Shown here one piece after another: positions 29,634 through 32,889 of a stretch of DNA of 32,889 nt (its first letter is position 1; every line of letters starts with the position of its first letter). The position numbers and the translations under genes are program-made. This stretch comes from Acidobacteriota bacterium (GTDB taxonomy: Bacteria > Acidobacteriota > UBA6911 > RPQK01 > JAPXNP01). The notes under the pieces are model-generated. The model was not told the origin of the DNA and did no database searches. It saw only the letters and a program-made list of their open reading frames with translations. The stretch covers positions 1-32,889 of the forward strand of contig JAPXNP010000001.1 in the NCBI GenBank assembly GCA_033811955.1, read 5' to 3'.

Positions 29634-30385
29634 CGACGCACTTCCTCGAGAGGTGTCTTCTCCGCGATGATGCGCCCAGCCCGCAGCGTGACGATCCGCA
29701 TGCAGCGGGACGCCAAATCTCCGTTGTGGGTCACCAGCAGAAGTCCCGCCTCAAACTCAGCGTGCAACGAGAACAGCAGCTCCTCCACCCGCGCAGCCGT
29801 CTCCGCATCCAAATTGCCCGTCGGTTCGTCACAGAACAAGATACGCGGCCGGTTCACAAAGGCTCGGGCCAAGGCCACCCGCTGCTGCTCTCCCCCGGAC
29901 AACTGAGCCGGATAGTGATGGAGGCGTTCCGCGAGGCCTACGCGTTCCAGGAGATCCGAAGCAATTCTTCGCGCCGACGTGTCTCCCAGCAGCTCCGCCG
30001 GAACCATGACGTTCTCGAGAGCGGTCAGAGTAGGTATCAGCTGAAAGGTCTGGAAGACGAATCCCACCCATCGCCGGCGCAAATCCGCCAGTGCATCCTC
30101 CGTCAGCCGTTCCAGGTCGTGCCCGGCCAGGACCACCCGTCCCGCAGTCGGACGATCGAGCCCGGCGGAAAGGGCGAGAAGCGTTGACTTTCCGCTGCCG
30201 GAGGGCCCTACGACGGCACAGCTTTCGCCCTTCGCCAGTACCAGGCTCACATCCCGCAACACCTCGAGGCGCTCGGTTCCGCTCAAAAACGATTTGTAAA
30301 TCCCATTCAACGCCAAAATCTGCGCATCGGTCCCCATCGTCGGTTTTCTCGTCTCCGCCCCGGCAGGCGCCGGCTGGTTCAGCAT
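29630..30385 (-). CDS. ABC transporter ATP-binding protein (YbbA/LolD-like)
   Basis: Walker A GPSGSGKST, Q-loop, signature LSGGEQQRVALARA, Walker B ILFCDEPTGNLD. An alternative start at 30337 (MGTDAQ) would leave a 67-nt rather than a 19-nt divergent spacer. Confidence 0.9.
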   Translation of the reverse strand: MLNQPAPAGAETRKPTMGTDAQILALNGIYKSFLSGTERLEVLRDVSLVLAKGESCAVVGPSGSGKSTLLALSAGLDRPTAGRVVLAGHDLERLTEDALADLRRRWVGFVFQTFQLIPTLTALENVMVPAELLGDTSARRIASDLLERVGLAERLHHYPAQLSGGEQQRVALARAFVNRPRILFCDEPTGNLDAETAARVEELLFSLHAEFEAGLLLVTHNGDLASRCMRIVTLRAGRIIAEKTPLEEVRR

Positions 30386-30404
30386 ATACTCTCAACGTAT
30401 ACCT

Positions 30405-31061
30405 ATGCTTTACGCCTGGCTGCCGCTTCTGGTTTCGTTTTCCCTTGTTCCGCAGCAGCAGAGTTCCGAGGAGCAAAACACCGTCACGATCCTGGTCGTA
30501 GGCGACAGTCTGAGTGCCGGCTACGGTCTCTCGCCGAAACAGGCCTGGCCCGCGCTGGTGGAAGAGAAATTGAAGCGGGAAGGTTGGAACGTCCGCGTGC
30601 AAAACGCCGGCGTCAGTGGCGATACCACTTCCGGAGGTCTTCGGCGGATCTCGTGGGTACTGCAAGACTGTCCCGACATCCTCATTCTTGAACTAGGCGC
30701 CAACGACGCTTTGCGGGGGATTCCGTTGGACGCGACCCGGACCAACCTACGAGAAATGATCTCTCGGGCTCGGAAGACGTGTCCGGACGTCAAGATCGTC
30801 CTGGCCGGGATGCTGGTCCCACCCAACCTCGGGCCGGACTATACCCGCGAGTTCCGCGAAATCTTTCCCGATCTGGCTCGAACCGAGAAGGTCGATCTGA
30901 TCCCTTTTCTCCTGGAAAAAGTGGCCGGCCGGCCGGAATTCAATCTTCCCGACGGCATCCATCCCAACGCCCGAGGCCACGAGATTGTGGCAGACACCGT
31001 TCTGAAGCATCTCAGGCCGCTTCTTGCCGGCCGTTCCACCTCGGCTGAAGCCGACAGATGA
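30405..31061 (+). CDS. tesA: SGNH/GDSL arylesterase (acyl-CoA thioesterase I / lysophospholipase L1-like)
   Basis: Block I VVGDSLSAGYG, block III GANDAL and block V DGIHPN, with a signal-like N-terminus. It is divergent from the ybbA/ybbP-like pair, as in E. coli. Confidence 0.85.
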   Translation: MLYAWLPLLVSFSLVPQQQSSEEQNTVTILVVGDSLSAGYGLSPKQAWPALVEEKLKREGWNVRVQNAGVSGDTTSGGLRRISWVLQDCPDILILELGANDALRGIPLDATRTNLREMISRARKTCPDVKIVLAGMLVPPNLGPDYTREFREIFPDLARTEKVDLIPFLLEKVAGRPEFNLPDGIHPNARGHEIVADTVLKHLRPLLAGRSTSAEADR

Positions 31062-31076
31062 CAAGAAACAAAGACG

Positions 31077-31546
31077 GGACATGCACGAGTTTTCGGTCCT
31101 AACCGATTGAACCTAAGGGGCTTGGAAAGTGAGTCCGGCACGGCAAGTTCTTCTCGGGGAACGTCGGCGTGAGCCGTTGACTGCGGGGCAAGGAGGTCTA
31201 TCCGTCATCGTACCGACCCCCTGGGACAGTAAGACAGAGGGGCTCGTCTGGAGACATCGTCGCGTACATCGCGGGCGCGGTGGGTCATCAAGCAGGAAAT
31301 CTCGAGGCGAAGCTCAGGCAACCGGCGGTACCGGAAAAGCTTGGAGAGGTAAGAGCGACGGTCGACGTCCTCGCCCAGGGCGGACGCACAACCGTTGCCT
31401 CGCCGCCTGATCAGATCACACAAGCGGCGGACAAGCCGACGGTCTCCGCTCGACACGGGTCAAGCTTCCCCGGGAAAGGAACATTGGCCCCGGACCGGGA
31501 TTCGAACCCGTGTTTCTAAGCACTTGCGGACAATATTCGGGCGTGT
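31077..31546. repeat. Mosaic repeat unit, copy A (470 bp)
   Basis: 31077-31159 is identical to 32363-32445 (83 bp) and 31518-31546 is identical to 32804-32832 (29 bp), both at offset 1286. The interior is alignable at roughly 65-78% identity by hand alignment. Confidence 0.9.
31205..31456 (-). CDS. Conserved mini-ORF inside repeat copy A (possible relic of a DDE-transposase C-terminus)
   Basis: The core DLIRRRGNGCASALGEDVDRRSYLSKLFRYRRLPELRLEISCLMTHR aligns with the copy B ORF. The substitutions show 3-base periodicity, peaking at this strand's third codon position. Confidence 0.3.
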   Translation of the reverse strand: MSSGDRRLVRRLCDLIRRRGNGCASALGEDVDRRSYLSKLFRYRRLPELRLEISCLMTHRARDVRDDVSRRAPLSYCPRGSVR

Positions 31547-31627
31547 CACCAATTTCTACAGCAGTCGGGCAGAGTCGGAGACAGCGCCGCTTGCTTTTCT
31601 TACAATAAGGCGCGAGGAACTACGTTG

Positions 31628-32311
31628 ATGCGAACGAGAGCGATGTCGGTAGTCTTTCTTGCTCTTTTGTACTTCTCCCCTTTCCTGTGGGCGGAGGAGT
31701 GGCGCCCCTTGTTCAACGGCCGGGACCTTGAGGGTTGGGAGCACGTCGGTCCGGGCAGGGTCTATGTGGAGGACGGCCTGATGAAAACGGAGGGAGGAAT
31801 GGGGCTGCTGTGGTACACCCGGGAGAAATTCGGCAACTGCACTATCCGGGTCGTATACCGCACCACCAGCCCTGAGGACAACTCGGGCATTTTCATCCGC
31901 ATCCCAGAGCCCCCCAAGGACCCTTGGCAGGCGGTCCACACCGGTTACGAAATCCAGATTCTCGAACGTTGGCCCGAAGAGACTCACCCCCGTTCCGAAC
32001 ATCAAAAGACATTCGGCGACGACTGGCATATGAGCGGTGCCATCTATTCCATGAGTAAAGCTTTAAAGCATGCGCAGCGCCCACACGGCGAGTGGAACAC
32101 GATGGAGATCGTGCTGGATGGACCCCGGACCCGAGTCTACCTGAACGGAGAGCTGGTCAACGACTACGTCGAAGGTCAGGAAGTGCCGCCCCGTCAGCAC
32201 GATTACGAACCCATCCGCGGTCCCCGACCGGACGAAGGGTACATCGGGATCCAGAACCACCATGAACCGCAGACGGTTCATTTTCGTGAAATCAGCGTGA
32301 AACGAAACTAA
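31628..32311 (+). CDS. Secreted DUF1080 (3-keto-disaccharide hydrolase-like, concanavalin-type fold) protein
   Basis: Signal MRTRAMSVVFLALLYFSPFLWA, then W.PLFNG.DL.GW, NSGIFIR, GYEIQIL, GAIY, EWN.MEI and IGIQNH...V.FR.I.V, the pattern typical of DUF1080. A TTG at 31625 is also possible as the start. Confidence 0.8.
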   Translation: MRTRAMSVVFLALLYFSPFLWAEEWRPLFNGRDLEGWEHVGPGRVYVEDGLMKTEGGMGLLWYTREKFGNCTIRVVYRTTSPEDNSGIFIRIPEPPKDPWQAVHTGYEIQILERWPEETHPRSEHQKTFGDDWHMSGAIYSMSKALKHAQRPHGEWNTMEIVLDGPRTRVYLNGELVNDYVEGQEVPPRQHDYEPIRGPRPDEGYIGIQNHHEPQTVHFREISVKRN

Positions 32312-32362
32312 GCAACCCGAGAAGCGTGGGAGCGCATCTTGCTGTGTTGCTGTTGGAAACGT

Positions 32363-32832
32363 GGACATGCACGAGTTTTCGGTCCTAACCGATTGAACCT
32401 AAGGGGCTTGGAAAGTGAGTCCGGCACGGCAAGTTCTTCTCGGGGGGAGGTCGGCGTAAGAAGTTGTACGGGACAACGACATCTATTCAATATCGTATGC
32501 CCCCCGGAACACTAAGTGGGACGATCTATAGTGACGGAAGCATCCTCACGTGCGTGGTGCTTGCGGTGGACTACAAGGCTGCTGATCTCGAGACGAAGCT
32601 CGCGCAGCCGGCGGTACCGGAAGAGTTTCGAGAGGTTAAAACGACGGTCAACCTGGTTGCCGAAGACAGGCGCACAGCGGTCACCTCGCCGCCTCATCAG
32701 CTGAAAGAGAGGCAGACAATTAGACGCCATCCGTTCGACACGGGTTGAGCTTCCCCGGAGAAGGAAAACGGATCCCAGACCTAGACTCGAACCCTGGGCT
32801 TACAAGCACTTGCGGACAATATTCGGGCGTGT
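32363..32832. repeat. Mosaic repeat unit, copy B (470 bp)
   Basis: See copy A. Same orientation and same length. Confidence 0.9.
32512..32730 (-). CDS. Conserved mini-ORF inside repeat copy B
   Basis: QLMRRRGDRCAPVFGNQVDRRFNLSKLFRYRRLRELRLEISSLVVHR. 27 of 38 core codons encode the same residue as copy A on this strand. Confidence 0.3.
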   Translation of the reverse strand: MASNCLPLFQLMRRRGDRCAPVFGNQVDRRFNLSKLFRYRRLRELRLEISSLVVHRKHHAREDASVTIDRPT

Positions 32833-32870
32833 GATCACTTTCCTGACAGTATTCCGGCGTGACATCTATC

Positions 32871-32889
32871 CTCATCACCAGTTTTCGGG
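32871..32889. repeat. Possible start of a third repeat unit, cut by the window end
   Basis: CATCACCAGTTTTCGG matches the unit start CATGCACGAGTTTTCGG (32366-32382) at 15 of 17 positions with one gap. It lies 39 bp after copy B ends. Confidence 0.35.

Noticed and set aside
31136-31156. Sigma54-like GGCACG element in the 83-bp block (CGGCACGGCAAGTTCT).
   Set aside because: The -12 TTGC element is absent at the required spacing (GTTCT instead). Only the -24 half matches.
31490-31515. tRNA T-arm-like motif (reverse complement ACGGGTTCGAATCCCGG) inside repeat copy A, with a weaker version in copy B (GGGTTCGAGTC at ~32783-32796). It suggested a tRNA or tmRNA gene, or a tRNA-derived att site.
   Set aside because: I tried to build the cloverleaf on the minus strand. 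The 3' acceptor strand would be TCCGGGG, but no complementary 5' strand exists at the required distance. There is no D arm or anticodon arm. The T stem has a mismatch in copy A and does not pair in copy B.
31280-31519. Plus-strand ORFs in the repeats (31280..31519 and 32464..32748) as the real coding frame. Four silent differences occur in YR(M)PPGT (tac/tat, cga/cgt, cct/ccc, ggg/gga), along with codon-sized indels.
   Set aside because: In the best-aligned 114-nt core, the variable phase is plus-strand codon position 1, and plus-strand identity is only 22/38. Copy A has no usable start upstream of the conserved part (stop at 31178-31180, and the TTG at 31177 is out of frame). I keep it as an open alternative, not a call.
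31077-31550. Terminal inverted repeats for the 470-bp unit (GGACATGCACGAGTTTTCGGTCC against the reverse complement of GGACAATATTCGGGCGTGTCACC).
   Set aside because: Only ~17 of 25 aligned columns match, and two gaps are needed. The outermost bases on the right side are not conserved in copy B (TGTGATCAC). I found no target-site duplication.
31062-32889. Integron-cassette or CRISPR-like interpretation of a gene flanked by repeats.
   Set aside because: The units are 470 bp, far larger than attC sites or CRISPR repeats. They lack the RYYYAAC/GTTRRRY cores, and no integrase or cas gene is present in the window.

Overview
High-GC bacterial chromosomal window from a diderm organism, judged from lpxB, rlpA, lipoprotein and Tat signals. 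Most of it is ordinary housekeeping and metabolic genes that I recognised from protein motifs in the ORF track. The supported content is listed here. (1) A 5'-truncated, frame-disrupted trehalose-6-P synthase gene. (2) A complete 16S rRNA gene on the minus strand with no 23S, 5S or tRNA next to it, but with its own promoter-like site and a flanking processing stem. (3) A minus-strand run: dead-M1-peptidase/TPR protein, lpxB, mnmA, aspartate racemase, SLOG/Mo-carrier-like protein. (4) xylA, an NTF2-like lipoprotein, a zinc-ribbon membrane protein, a PP2C phosphatase and a Gfo/Idh/MocA oxidoreductase. (5) A SAM hydroxide adenosyltransferase (DUF62), rlpA, a Tat-signal enolase-superfamily enzyme and a CBS protein. 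(6) A complete, tightly packed oleABCD-type olefin/beta-lactone cluster. (7) A class-V aminotransferase and fumC. (8) A macro-domain plus methyltransferase pair. (9) The conserved tesA / ybbA-ybbP-like ABC arrangement. (10) A DUF1080 gene. Two stretches are not explained by these genes and deserve most attention. First, a ~220-280 nt rod-like imperfect hairpin lies in the 728-bp ORF-free spacer between oleA and the aminotransferase. It has an alternative, mutually exclusive helix. Second, a family of exactly 470-bp mosaic direct repeats brackets the DUF1080 gene. They have perfectly identical end blocks and a diverged core carrying a small conserved ORF. A possible third copy starts at the window edge. 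No CRISPR array, intact transposase or recognisable defence system was seen. All motif matches are from memory and hand alignment; no database search was run.
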